Shown: one piece after another, positions 1-12,561 of the stretch
Layout of the letters: each line of letters begins with the position of its first letter
Position numbering within the stretch: the stretch's first letter is position 1
NCBI GenBank assembly: GCA_016748015.1
Contig: JAAOMT010000464.1
Span: forward strand, 4,531-34,601
Direction: 5' to 3'
From: Geosiphon pyriformis uo1
Lineage: Eukaryota; Fungi; Glomeromycota
DNA: 30,071 nt
Translations under genes and position numbers: made by a program
The notes under the pieces: generated by a model
Seen by the model: the letters and a program-made list of their open reading frames with translations, nothing else
Databases searched by the model: none
Told to the model about the DNA's origin: nothing

Positions 1-196
1 TCCTTTACCGCTTCCTTCCTTTTTTTTATTGCTTCCCTTCCTTTATCGTTTCTCTTCCTTTATCGCTTCCCTTCCTTCTCTTCCTTTCTTTATCGCACCC
101 GTTCCTTTTTTTCATCCCCCCTTTCTCCCTTTCTCTTTTCTTTTCTTTTTTTCTGTCCTCCTCTCTTCCTATTCTTTTCTCTCTATTCGTTCCGGT
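1..196. repeat. Pyrimidine-rich low-complexity tract with degenerate short repeats (TTTATCGCTTCCCTTCC-like)
   Basis: Almost entirely C/T. The motif tttatcg/tttattgcttcccttcc recurs 4-5 times, and the tract merges into the CT-rich segment of the adjacent tandem unit. Confidence 0.6.
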
Positions 197-2608
197 GTAA
201 CTTTTTCAAGGTGAGTTTCGCTGGGTATTGTACTTGTTTAAAAATTAAAACGTGAAAAAAAAAAAAAAAAGATTTTTTCGGAAATAATTTGTGGCAATTT
301 TTTAAGATAATTGTAGATCACCTCTATAATTATTTTGACTTGTCGCGTACACATTTTTCTTCTTAAATGATCGCGAATACAGACTTGATCATGTGACAAT
401 ACTCATAAATACTTGTTTATTTTTAATAGATGACTTAATTACAACAAAGTCCTTCGTTCTTCCTTCCAATCCTTCCTCTATCTCTCACTCTCTTCGTTCT
501 TGTGTAGCATTTTCAAGGTGGGTTTCACTGGGTATTGTACTTGTTTAAAAGTGAAAACGTTAAAAAATAAAAATATAAAAAAAATTAAAAAGTAAAAAAA
601 GTAAAAAAGTTAAAAAAATAAAAAAATAAAGAAAATAAAAAAAAAGATTTTTTCGGAAGGAATTTGTGGCGATTTTTTAAGATAATTGTAGATCACCTCT
701 ATAATTATTTTGACTTGTCGCGTACACATTTTTCTTCTTAAATGATCGCGAATACAAACTTGATCATTTGACAATACTCATAAATACTTGTTTATTTTTA
801 TTAGATGACTTATTTACAACAAAGTCCTTCGTTCTTCCTTCCAATCCTTCCTCTATCTCTCTATCTCTCTTTCTCTCTCTTCATTCCTATGTAACGTTAT
901 CAAGGTGGGTTTCACTGGGTATTGTACTTGTTTAAAAGTGAAAACGTTAAAAAATAAAAATATAAAAAAAATAAAAAAGTAAAAAAAAGAGAAAAAAAAA
1001 GAAAAAAAAAAGATTTTTTCGGAAGGAATTTGTAGCGATTTTTTAAGATAATTGTAGATCACCTCTATAATTATTTTGACTTGTCGCGTACACATTTTTC
1101 TTCTTAAATGATCGTGAATACAGACTTGATCATGTGACAATACTCATAAATACTTGTTTATTTTTAATAGATGACTTATTTACAACAAAGTCCTTCGTTC
1201 TTCCTTCCAATCCTTCCTCTATCTCTCTTTCTCTCTCTTCGTTCCTGTGTAACTTTATTAAGGTGGGTTTCGCTGGGTATTGTACTTGTATAAAGTTAAA
1301 ACGTTAAAAAAAAAAATATATAAAAATAAAAAAAAAGATTTTTTTGGAAGGAATTTGTGGCGATTTTTTAAGATAATTGTAGATCACCTCTATAATTATC
1401 TTGGACTTGTCGCGTACACATTTTTCTTCTTAAATGATCGCGAATACAAACTTGATCATGTGACAATACTCATATATACTTGTTTATTTTTATTAGATGA
1501 CTTATTTACAACAAATTCCATCGTTCTTCCTTCCAATCCTTCCTCTCTCTTTCTCTCTCTTCGTTCCTGTGTAACTTTATCAAGGTGGGTTTCGCTGGGT
1601 ATTGTACTTGTATAAAGTTAAAACGTTAAAAAATAAAAATATAAAAAAATAAAAAAAAAGATTTTTTTGGAAGGAATTTGTAGCGATTTTTTAAGATAAT
1701 TGTAGATCACCTCTATAATTATTTTGACCTGTCGCGTACACATTTTTCTTCTTAAATGATCGCGAATACAGACTTGATCATGTGACAATACTCATAAATA
1801 CTTGTTTATTTTTAATAGATGACTTATTTACAACAAAGTCCTTCGTTCTTCCTTCCAATCCTTCCTCTATCTCTCTTTCTCTCTCTTCGTTCCTGTGTAA
1901 CTTTATTAAGGTGGGTTTCGCTGGGTATTGTACTTGTATAAAGTTAAAACGTTAAAAAATAAAAATAAAAAAAAATAAAAAAAAAGATTTTTTTGGAAGG
2001 AATTTGTGGCGATTTTTTAAGATAATTGTAGATCAACTCTATAATTATTTTGACTTGTCGCGTACACATTTTTCTTCTTAAATGATCGTGNNNNNNNNNN
2101 NNNNNNNNNNNNNNNNNNNNNNNNNNNNNNNNNNNNNNNNNNNNNNNNNNNNNNNNNNNNNNNNNNNNNNNNNNNNNNNNNNNNNNNNNNNNNNNNNNNN
2201 NNNNNNNNNNNNNNNNNNNNNNNNNNNNNNNNNNNNNNNNNNNNNNNNNNNNNNNNNNNNNNNNNNNNNNNNNNNNNNNNNNNNNNNNNNNNNNNNNNNN
2301 NNNNNNNNNNNNNNNNNNNNNNNNNNNNNNNNNNNNNNNNNNNNNNNNNNNNNNNNNNNNNNNNNNNNNNNNNNNNNNNNNNNNNNNNNNNNNNNNNNNN
2401 NNNNNNNNNNNNNNNNNNNNNNNNNNNNNNNNNNNNNNNNNNNNNNNNNNNNNNNNNNNNNNNNNNNNNNNNNNNNNNNNNNNNNNNNNNNNNNNNNNNN
2501 NNNNNNNNNNNNNNNNNNNNNNNNNNNNNNNNNNNNNNNNNNNNNNNNNNNNNNNNNNNNNNNNNNNNNNNNNNNNNNNNNNNNNNNNNNNNNNNNNNNN
2601 NNNNNNNN

Positions 2609-2687
<79 letters not shown>

Positions 2688-3612
2688 TTTTTTCGGAAGG
2701 AATTTGTAGCGATTTTTTAAGATAATTGNNNNNNNNNNNNNNNNNNNNNNNNNNNNNNNNNNNNNNNNNNNNNNNNNNNNNNNNNNNNNNNNNNNNNNNN
2801 NNNNNNNNNNNNNNNNNNNNNNNNNNNNNNNNNNNNNNNNNNNNNNNNNNNNNNNNNNNNNNNNNNNNNNNNNNNNNNNNNNNNNNNNNNNNNNNNNNNN
2901 NNNNNNNNNNNNNNNNNNNNNNNNNNNNNNNNNNNNNNNNNNNNNNNNNNNNNNNNNNNNNNNNNNNNNNNNNNNNNNNNNNNNNNNNNNNNNNNNNNNN
3001 NNNNNNNNNNNNNNNNNNNNNNNNNNNNNNNNNNAAAATAAAAGAGAAAAAAAAAGAAAAAAAAAAGATTTTTTCGGAAGGAATTTGTAGCGATTTTTTA
3101 AGATAATTGTAGATCACCTCTATAATTATTTTGACTTGTCGCGTACACATTTTTCTTCTTAAATGATCGTGAATACAGACTTGATCATGTGACAATACTC
3201 ATAAATACTTGTCTATTTTTAATAGATGACTTAATTACAACAAAGTCCTTCGTTCTTCCTTCCAATCCTTCCTCTCTCTTTCTCTCTCTTCGTTCTTGTG
3301 TAACATTTTCAAGGTGGGTTTCACTGGGTATTGTACTTGTTTAAAAGTGGAAACGTTAAAAAATAAAAATATAAAAAAAATAAAAAAATAAAAAATTAAA
3401 AAAAATTAAAAAGTAAAAAAAATTAAAAATTAAAAAAATAAAAAAAAAGATTTTTTCGAAAGGAATTTGTTGGCGATTTTTTAAGATAATTGTAGATCAC
3501 CTCTATAATTATCTTGGACTTGTCGCGTACACATTTTTCTTCTTAAATGATCGCGAATACAAACTTAATCATGTGACAATACTCATATATACTTGTTTTT
3601 TATAGATGACTC
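197..3612 (+). repeat. Tandem (satellite-like) array, unit ~320-375 bp: conserved body plus variable-length A-rich linker
   Basis: The anchor GATTTTTT(C/T)G(G/A)AA recurs at about 271, 646, 1012, 1338, 1660, 1986, 2686, 3067 and 3449. The body (GATAATTGTAGATCACCTCTATAATT...GTCGCGTACACA...GGGTATTGTACTTGT) is near-identical between units. N gaps interrupt the array at 2091-2608 and 2729-3034. Confidence 0.97.
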
Positions 3613-3769
3613 ATATACAGCAAAAGTTCGTACGATATTTTAATAAAACTTGTAATTAACAATAACTAATAAAAAAGCTTTAAACAAATCTTAATTTTAT
3701 TATTAAATAAAATTTTTAAATTTATTTTATTTTATAAGAGCTATACGTCGTTTGTATATTGTAATTATA

Positions 3770-4260
3770 AAATTACCATTGAGATTGTGATGAAAGCTAG
3801 CCAGCTTACAAAACCTAAAGCTGTGAAACAATTTTATACATTGATCTTTAATGGGTGTTTTATAGGCCGGAATAATTTTCATTATTCAGGAAACTTTCAA
3901 ACTTTTAATGTTTGGTGGTTTAGACTAAATGTGCTTTTGTCTGAAAATACAACTCGATTTCGGTCAAATCTTTATGATTCTTAGTCCACTACAAGCATTT
4001 TTTTTTGTTTTTCAGTAAGTAAAGGTTTGGAAAGCTTAGCTATATTTAGCTTTATCTTCACATAAATAAGGTATATACTAATTTTAAACTTTCTTTCTTC
4101 ATTACCCGTTGTATATCTGTGGCGATTAGATGAATTTTTTCTGCAATTTTGGTTGATCACTTAGGTCTTTTGTTTCCTCCATCTTTTAACCCAATGAAGT
4201 GCTGTAGACTTACTAGAATAGATTACTTTGCGGCGGCTACAAGTCCAAATTTCGGGGTCT
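3770..4260 (-). mobile_element. Degenerate Tc1/mariner transposase relic (family A)
   Basis: Minus-strand translation across frameshifts gives SKSTALHWVKR...ETKDLSDQPK...KPLLTEKQKK...KNHKD..NRVVFSDKSTF...IKHPLKINV*NCFTALGF. This matches the Tc1 HTH region and the KPLL, VxFSDES and VWGCF motifs, with stops and indels. Confidence 0.85.
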
Positions 4261-4636
4261 TTGGAATATTTATTTAAAAAAATTATTTCATATCCCTTGT
4301 GTATTGGAAGAGAAGTATAATAAATAAGTTTTTTCTCATTTTATCAAATTGATTATCACTTTTTAAAATAATTTAACATAGTTAAATTATTTTTAATCTT
4401 TCAACATAATTTTTAAATTATTATTTTATGGAATATATCGTGGAATACAACTATTAAGCGTTATAACTATTGTCAGGTGTAACTTTTATAAGTTAATAAA
4501 AAGTGATTAATGATTTATAATTTATTATTTGCCAATATTAAACGACAAATTGTGCATGAAATTAAAGTTTAAATCAATTTTTTATTTACAATTTTAATAC
4601 TATTAGGCTGCTTCATAATACAATTAATATGTTATA

Positions 4637-4750
4637 TCCTCCACTACCATTAACACTACTAAAACCATCACTTGCATCACCATTACTCCAACCACCATTG
4701 TCACCGCCACCGCCACCGCCACCGGTACCACTACTACCACCGTCACTACC
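4637..4750. repeat. CCA/CCG-rich degenerate trinucleotide low-complexity tract
   Basis: ccaccgccaccgccaccg and ccactacca repeats. These account for the Gly-rich ORF 4613..4855. Confidence 0.6.
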
Positions 4751-6139
4751 TGATGAGTTGCCAAAAATGTGCTCTAAAATGATAGTCCAGTGAAAAATCC
4801 GTATTGGGCTATATAGACTTTCTTTATTTTTGTTCCTTTTGGTACTTGGGCGCACTATTTAATTAAATTTACTCAAATATTTTGTTAGAACCAATTGGAT
4901 TTGAAAAAATTTCCAACTACTTTAAATTTTAAAAATTATATACTAGAGATCAGCTGGTGTTTATTGTCCATACTTAATATCAACTACCAACACATAAGAA
5001 TATTTGAAAATCTTCTAGGCTTATAAGACAAGAAATTAATCTGTTTGAAAATTTCCCATTGAATTTTGGATGAAATTAACAACTCAACAGACTTGATTAG
5101 CTGTCATTTAAGTTATAAGCTAATCAATATTTTCAGAACAATCGGGAGATGTCATTTTATAAACAATTTTTTTAACAACACTTGACACTTCGGTAAACTG
5201 CCCTTCTATGTTCTCCGCCTCCATCGGTTCCAGGAAGCTAAAAATATGAAAAAAAAATTAATAAACCAAAAAAATGCTGTTTATTGAAAATACAATAATC
5301 AATTAAGAAAACCTAAAATTTGGAAAAAATAGTCACTAGCTTTAATTTCTTTTTTTAACACAGCTATATCCAAAAAATTATTAAATAAAAATGTCTATAG
5401 ACCAACTAAGAAAGCATTTTAAATAACAAGTTGGAGGAGGGGGTTTGAAAAATTAGAAAAATTAGAAAAATTAGCTCCCTCAAAAATACTAGTCACTGAT
5501 GTAGCCTTGATTAATTTTTTAACAGAAATGACTCGAGTAATATATATATTTTTATTAGTTTCTATGAAATGGGTTGAATGGTAAATAATAGAAACTTTCC
5601 AAGAATTTACAAAGTTGCTAGTTTTTTAATATTGTCCCCCTAAATTTTATATGAAGTGTTGGATGAAAAAAAGGAGACTCTTATTGTGTATTTTAGAAAT
5701 GTATTTTTAGACATTAATCAAAGTTGGTTACAATTCTCGATTCAGAAATTTCAATTTTCTATTATTCTTAAAAAAATTTATAGATTTAAATATGGAAAAC
5801 AAAAAACATTCTGAATAAAAAAGAAAAAATAAATAATAAATATAGTATATATTATAATATAAAAATTACAAAATTGGCAAATGATCTAACTACCCGAGAG
5901 TTTTTCATTAAAATTAGATAGTAAAACCTGTTTAAAGTGCCGATAAAAATTTAGTTCATCGTTACACATGTATTGATAATAAAAAACTAAAAATTTTGGC
6001 TGTTGAGATATTTCTAAAGTACGGATTAACATATTAGTTCACCTCCGCATAAGGATCAGACACGTGTCAATAGCATTCATACTGATATGTGGGAAAAAAT
6101 GATATGGTAGATTAAAAGAAAACTTCTCATATTTTACCA

Positions 6140-7644
6140 ATGTTATCCCAACAACACCTTCAAGCTTTATCCAATGATTTCGGGAATTTATTTAACACTC
6201 AGAAGTTTTCTAATGTTAAAATTTTAGTTGGCAAAGCGCCCAATATTAGAACTTTTCATGCTCATTCACAAATTCTAGCAGCAAGATCATCATATTTTGC
6301 TGTAGCATTCTCTAGCGATTGGATCAAAAGGGAAAATAATACTATTATCTTTGATAAACCTAATATTTCACCTAATATTTTTGAAATAATTCTCAGGTAC
6401 GGGATTTTATTTGCTCCAAAGTATTTTAGCTAGCATAAATTCATATGTTTCATTTTCTTGCACAGATATATTTATAATGGCGAGATTTCTCTTAATAAAC
6501 ATGAAGTATCTACCATTTTAGAATTGCTTGTTATCGCTGATGAGCTTATTTTGGAGAATATTATTGATCACCTTGAAGACTATTTGATTGAACACCATGC
6601 AAAAGAGCTAGAAGAAAATTTCGCCACTTTGCAGAGAACTTCATTTATGCATGATTCTTTCAAAAAGTTACAAAATTTCTGCGCCGAAATAGCTGCTAAC
6701 AATCCAGCTATAGTCTTCAACTCGCAAGATTTCACCTCGCTTAGTGAAAATGTTCTTTCCTCAATTTTAACCAGAGATGATCTAAATATAGAAGAATCTG
6801 AAATATGGCAAAAAATTGTGGAATGGGGAGTTGCTAAATTGGATAACAATATTCAACTGGAAAAAGTTCTTAACTGGACAGATGAAAACTTTAACGCCTT
6901 TAAAGAATCCATTGAAAGACTTCTACCTTTAATCCGCTTCTTTAACATATCTTCAGTTGATTTCTATCACAAAGTAAAACCATTTGCGAGAATCTTACCT
7001 GGAACTTTATATGAAGATCTTTTACATCATTATCTCGTACCGGGTAGCCATCAAAAGTCTGTAGACGCTCAACCATTACGCTGTTCTCGATCAAATATTG
7101 ATTCAGAGCTTCTTCAATTGCATAATATAAGACAGCTTGATCATTGGATTCAAGGCAAAGACGAAAATGCTCCTTTTGAAAATCAACTAGGAAACGATTT
7201 TAAATAGTTAGTTCGAGGCAGTCGAGACGGATTCACTCCTGCTGATTTTCATCGATTATGTGATGATAAAGGAGCAACAGTTACCGTAATCAAAGTGAAA
7301 GGAACTGGTCAGCTAATTGGCGGCTATAACCCACAATCGTGGTGTTCTAGAGATGTTTGGTTGGAGGGAAACGGAAGTTTTATTTTTCTTTTGGAGATGG
7401 CAAAGCTGGAAATGGTAAACTTAGCAAATTTGTTGGAGTATATGGACCTTGTGGTGCGGGAGGTTATGGACTCTATTTTGGAAATGGCAATATTTGTTTG
7501 TCTGGCAATGACTTTAAAAGTAGTTCAGGGTGCTATTGTAACAAGATAACAGATTATAAGCATGCTATAATGCCTGGATCAGAAAATCAAACGGTGAATT
7601 TCTCTGTGGAGGAGTATGAAATTTTCCAAATCATAAAAAAATAA
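6140..7644 (+). pseudogene. BTB/POZ-BACK-TLDc protein gene, disrupted in the TLDc domain
   Basis: Exon 1 6140-6396 (FHAHSQILAARSSYF, BTB). GT-AG intron 6397-6465 restores IILR/YIYNG. A BACK-like region follows (LTRDDLNIEESEIW, LLPLIRF). There is an in-frame TAG at 7205-7207 in FK*LVRGSRDGF, then FHRLCDDKGATVTVIKV...IGGYNP. A 1-nt loss in the T run near 7383-7387 shifts into SFGDG...FSVEEYEIFQIIKK, with the stop at 7644. Confidence 0.9.
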
Positions 7645-8569
7645 ATTTGTTTTTTTTTTGAAATTAATTATACATTTTCTGGCAGTTCTGCTACCTATTT
7701 TAAAATATTTTACTGGGAGAATATTCTATAGGCTACTATTTTAAGCCCCACAATAAAGTTAACAGAATAACATTTCCTATTTTGAACATTAAAAAACTTT
7801 GGAAATTATAAGTTGTTTGACAAAAAGTGATTATGTTTTTATCACAGGCTAAAACTATAAAACGCTTTTTAGCAGAATAGTATTAGAAATATAACTTTTA
7901 AATGCATATCTGTGTGTTCCTCGCTAATTAAAATTATAAATTTTTGGATGGTGTTTTAATTTTACTGTGCGATAATATAAAAAATTCTTTTAATATAGAA
8001 GGTTTGAGAGATTAAGATTTTTATTAAAAATTAGATTATTTTCTTTCTTACATATTTAAAAATTGTAAAACTTTGTTTTTTTTTATTGACTCTAATTGGA
8101 ACTCGGATTATTTAAAAGAACTTAAATTGAAAATACTATTCAAACTATTAGTAGCATTATATTTTTTGCTTTAATCTCATATTTGCATTATAGAATATAA
8201 ATTTCTTGATTCAAATTTAACTTATGAAATTAGTTAACGTGATATTAACTATTATATCAATTTAGAACCAATGTAAAATAAATAAATGTAAAACTATTAT
8301 TTTAACTGAGAAAAAGTTATTAAATATTCAATTTATTTAAAACTATAAATAATAATTATCCGCAAAAATAAATATTTTACTTTTTTTATAAAAATATAGC
8401 TCTTAATATTATTGCAATTATAGTAATTTCTATTATATTCTTCCTAAAAATTTGCTGAAAAAACTATTCGTTAAAAAAAGTATTATATGGCATACGATTT
8501 ATTAGAAATTAAATATTGAAGATTAATTCACGTTTAACTTGAATCCTGAAAGTCTCATATAAAAAACCC

Positions 8570-9076
8570 GTATTTGAATGAATGCTAATGGGAGTGAACT
8601 ATTTATTTTTTAAAGAAATGTGAAGTCATAAGAATTCTTGGCCTGATAAGGTTCCCTTTCAATTGGAATGATTAAACTAATTGATCTTAAAGTGTCTCAA
8701 AAAGATCACTTTTCAGTAAAATCCAAGGTTCCATTTTTGATTCAGATATAAAAGTCCAATCAGTGTGGCTTAAAATCAATAACAACCATTATGTATTTTA
8801 GTAAGTGGCATTCTAATAGAAAATAAAAAAGTAAAACTTTTTACTTGAATAGTTGTTTACTCATTGTCATGATTCTAAAGGAATCAAAATAAATAAATAA
8901 ATAAATGAATAATCTTTAAATTAATTTCCCAGTAATCAAAAAAGTTAAAAAAAGTGCAAATATTTCCTAATGGGTTCATTATACTGTGCATTCATCACAA
9001 AATTATTATCGACGATAATCTTTATCTGGTAATAGATAAAAGATATGAAAATAAGCATTGAAGAAAACTGAATATG
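8570..9076 (+). repeat. ~500 bp dispersed repeat, copy 1 (inverted copy at 28919-29420)
   Basis: The reverse complement aligns end to end with 28919-29420. 8570-8820 looks identical, and there are roughly ten differences in the remainder. Confidence 0.95.
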
Positions 9077-11803
9077 AGTATGACAACTACATAGAGAAGT
9101 TTATGAAGAGTAAAAAGGCAGGTAGATTAGAAGAGTTGAAGAAGGAGCTGAGTGAAGAGGAATATGTGGACCAGAGGCAAATGAAAAAAGTATATAAAGA
9201 GAAAGAAGAGCTGGAAGAAAAAGCAAAGTAGACAAAAATGAATAGAAGGTGCAGGTGCAAAAAATTACAAGATGCGTTAATAGAAATAACCAAGAGAGGT
9301 AATAACTTTGTGATTTGGAACATAAAGTAGAGCTCAACAACTTTATATATTTACTTTTCTATCTATACTATCTATATTACTAATTGTTCATCTTGTAATA
9401 TTACGCGTTTTATGAAAGAAATATTCATATTTAAGAAAATTTTTGGTATATACTGTTTGGGACATTGACTAACTTCTATTTTTTCTGAGAATGTTAAATT
9501 AGGCTAACGTGAAATCAATGCTAGCGTTATGATCTGTTTATTAAATATTAAGTATTTAGGATGGTTGATATATTTTAAATTTTGAGACGATAAAGTTAGT
9601 ATAGGTATAAAGCTTTTACCCACGTAGTTGATTGTATTATTTCTAAATATAGTTATTTTTTATGTATAACTTTTTGTTTTACTAAAATAAATTATATAAG
9701 TAATTAACTAAATTTGAAATGCTTTTATTAATTTTAAACTTTCTAATAACATTTATATTTTTGAGAAAATATAAAATTAATTATAGTCTTTGCGAAAAGT
9801 AATAGAGGCAAAAATTTTATCAAATTTTTCATATTTCTAAATTGCAAACAATGTTATCAAAATTTATCGTATTTTCAAATTTCGAAAAAGGACGTTAATT
9901 TTGTTTACAAACTAATATTATCAAATCCTCATTTTTTTTTATCCAATTTAAAATTAAATTGTTGAGTTCTCAAGTACAATGTAATTCAAATCACCAAACT
10001 AACTAATATTCACATTTCTCTCTACAAAAGTTTATGTCGCTCTCCTCGAACTTTCCAGGATAAGCTTTTAAGGCTTGATTACATTTTCATTTTGGTAAAA
10101 CGTATTAGAAATTATAATTTATAATTATTCATAAATGAGACAATTATTAATGTAAAAAAATAAAAATACATTTAAGAAATTTATTCTAATTTATTACATT
10201 TTGTAATAAAGACATATTTAATTTATTTGAAAATTTTTGTTTTAATGAAGAAAAAAAATACTTGTAAATACATTTATAAAATAATATAAGCAGTTATTAT
10301 TTAAAAAAAATACTAAATATTTTATTTAGATTTTATTATTATTTGTTTCTTAATGTTAAAAATAAATATATAAGATTAGTTTTGATAAATTGTTAAATTC
10401 AAAATATTGTTATTATTTTAATAAAACAAAAATTGTAATTAATTTTAAATTTATATATGTGATCTCTAAATAAAAATAAAAATAATAATAATAATAATAA
10501 TAATAAAAATAATAATATACTTTTATTATGTTAGTTTATAAGATTCTAGGAAATTAAAAGAGAATAGTAATATAGTTATATTTTTTAAAATTAAAAAGAA
10601 TAATAAATGAATAAAAAATAATTTTGTAAAATATTTTAAAGTACCTTTTTTATTGACAAAAGTAAAAGTTGAAAATAACTTTGTCAAATTTAAAATAAAA
10701 AATTTAATGAGCTTTGTAAATTTTTATGATACTAATTCTAACGCATTTGAATTTTTTATCAACATCAAACATATTAATTAGATAAAAATAAAAGTGACTA
10801 TAAATGAAATCAAGTTAAATAAACAACTCATCCCGATATCCCACTTATTTACAAACTTGAAACATGACTTGAAAGTACTTGAATTGCTATATAATAATTT
10901 AGATTTGGGGAATTTTATCAAAAGTTTTTTACTTTAATCTTTTTAAAGATTCTTTTTAACTATATAATAATTTTTTAAAGAGTGAACACCTATTTTGAAT
11001 CGGTATTCGCCGAAAGTAGATTAATTAAAAATTGAATAAATCTTATTCTCTATTTATTATTTGTTATTTACTCTATTATTAGCTTTATCTTAATCATAAT
11101 CAAGATCCTCAAATCTATAACTTAAAATAGTATTTATAAACCGTTGACAATGAGTTGCAGATGGTAAAAAATCGGATTTTATCCCTAAAACGGGTATCGA
11201 TGGCTGAAATGAATAACAATAACAATCAGATTATTCATTATCTTTATGCTATTTTTAATTTTAAATAAGAAATAAAGTTTATAATCTAATTAGCGATAGA
11301 AAAAAACTAAAATTCCAAGTAAAATTCCAAGTAAATCCCCATTTAAAAACTTTTTACAAGGAATCGGGCTACGAAAAACGAATTGATAATTAATTAGATT
11401 TAATATCAAGCATTATAACATCGGTGCAGAATAATTTTTAGTTAAAGTAATTAATAAATATATTTATTGATTGTATCCAAGTAAATGATGATTTTGAGTT
11501 TAAATTAAAGATGTGTTAAAAGTAAAATACATTTAATTAATAATGGAGTAAAAATAAATTTTTATTATTTATTTTTTATACTTCCCATATATTCACAATT
11601 AAAAAGAAATTTAACAGCAACGATACATGAAACTTGTTTTTAGCGTCCTTCTTTGTGTACTATAGCTACTTAAATTTGTTCATATTTAAACTTATTTAAG
11701 TATGATACTAGTTTAATTAATAACGAGATTTTTCAAAGGTTAAATAAATTGAATTTTTTAATTGTGTGAACACAGAGAATTAACATAAAATATTACTACG
11801 AAT

Positions 11804-12090
11804 TTTCAAATGGTAATAAAGTAATTGATAAATTTAATCAAGAATCCAATATATTTTATTCTCACCTAATAATAAAAGATGAACATTGAATATATCAAGA
11901 TAAATTGAATTACTATGAATGGATTCCATGGGAACGTTTGTCGAATATCAACGAAATTGCTAAAGGAGAGTTTGGTATAATTTATAAAGCAACCCTAATT
12001 GATGGATTAATTAATAAAGATACTATAAAACATTATGGTTCAATGGAATATGGGAAGAGAAAAAACAATTACAAAAGGGAAGAGCAGTAA
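11804..12090 (+). pseudogene. Truncated inverted paralog of the N-terminal part of the neighbouring kinase
   Basis: YYEWIPWERLSNINEIAKGEFGIIYKATLIDGLINKDTIKHYGSMEY versus YYEWVPWERLSNVNEIARGGFSIIYKATLIDGLINEFTIKHHGSMEY in ORF 13440..13880. Upstream FSNGNKVID...IKNPIY carries frameshifts and a stop. No downstream kinase motifs. Confidence 0.88.
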
Positions 12091-12408
12091 AAGAAATGAG
12101 TAATGAAATTTATAAACATCTTTGGCAAAAAATTGATAAATACTTTACCATATTGAAATGAATCTAATAAATTTTATAACAAAGGTTATCTAGAGATCAT
12201 GATTAGATCTATTAGGTATCGTCTAAATATAATAGATAATAAAAAGAAATAAGGTGTTAAACAAAAGTATAAATTTATTAATGAATTAATGATAGATATA
12301 ATTTCTTACCTTTAGGCAAATATACTAATTCTTTTGTTATTTAACATAAGTTTTTAATATATTGTATAATAATTAAATCAAATAAATTAATCAATACAAA
12401 ATAGATAA

Positions 12409-12518
12409 CTAACCCTTTGTCTCTTCAATTATTTGCAAAGTTAAAAGACGACTTGTATAAACTACTCCTGGATGAATGTACGTTGGCGTTGTTGCTGTTG
12501 TTGTTGTTGTTGTTATTT

Positions 12519-12561
<43 letters not shown>

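Noticed and set aside
2609-2685. Pure poly-A run of about 75 nt as a retroposon tail
   Set aside because: It sits at a contig edge beside a gap, at the position of the A-rich linker, and is most likely a low-quality consensus.
853-3195. ORFs within the tandem array, including those spanning N gaps
   Set aside because: They arise from poly-A/T and N runs. The + frame of 1280..1615 is stopped in most sibling units, and no domain is recognisable.
197-3612. Array as CRISPR-like, 5S rDNA or snRNA cluster (an Sm-site-like AATTTGTGG is present)
   Set aside because: Units are ~340 bp with low-complexity linkers rather than unique spacers. No recognisable 5S or U-snRNA sequence is present, and a 9-mer alone is not evidence.
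4613-5240. Gly-rich ORF and adjacent coding-like sequence
   Set aside because: The ORF is driven by a CCA/CCG microsatellite. The neighbouring sequence has many stops and no identifiable family.
9087-9340. Two minus-strand ORFs and a Lys/Glu-rich plus-strand stretch
   Set aside because: Purine-rich low complexity explains the open antisense frames. The plus frame is short, interrupted and unassignable.
10830-11370. Possible MITE with CCCGAT...ATCGGG ends
   Set aside because: Similarity between the ends is too short and weak for such AT-rich DNA, and there is no TSD.
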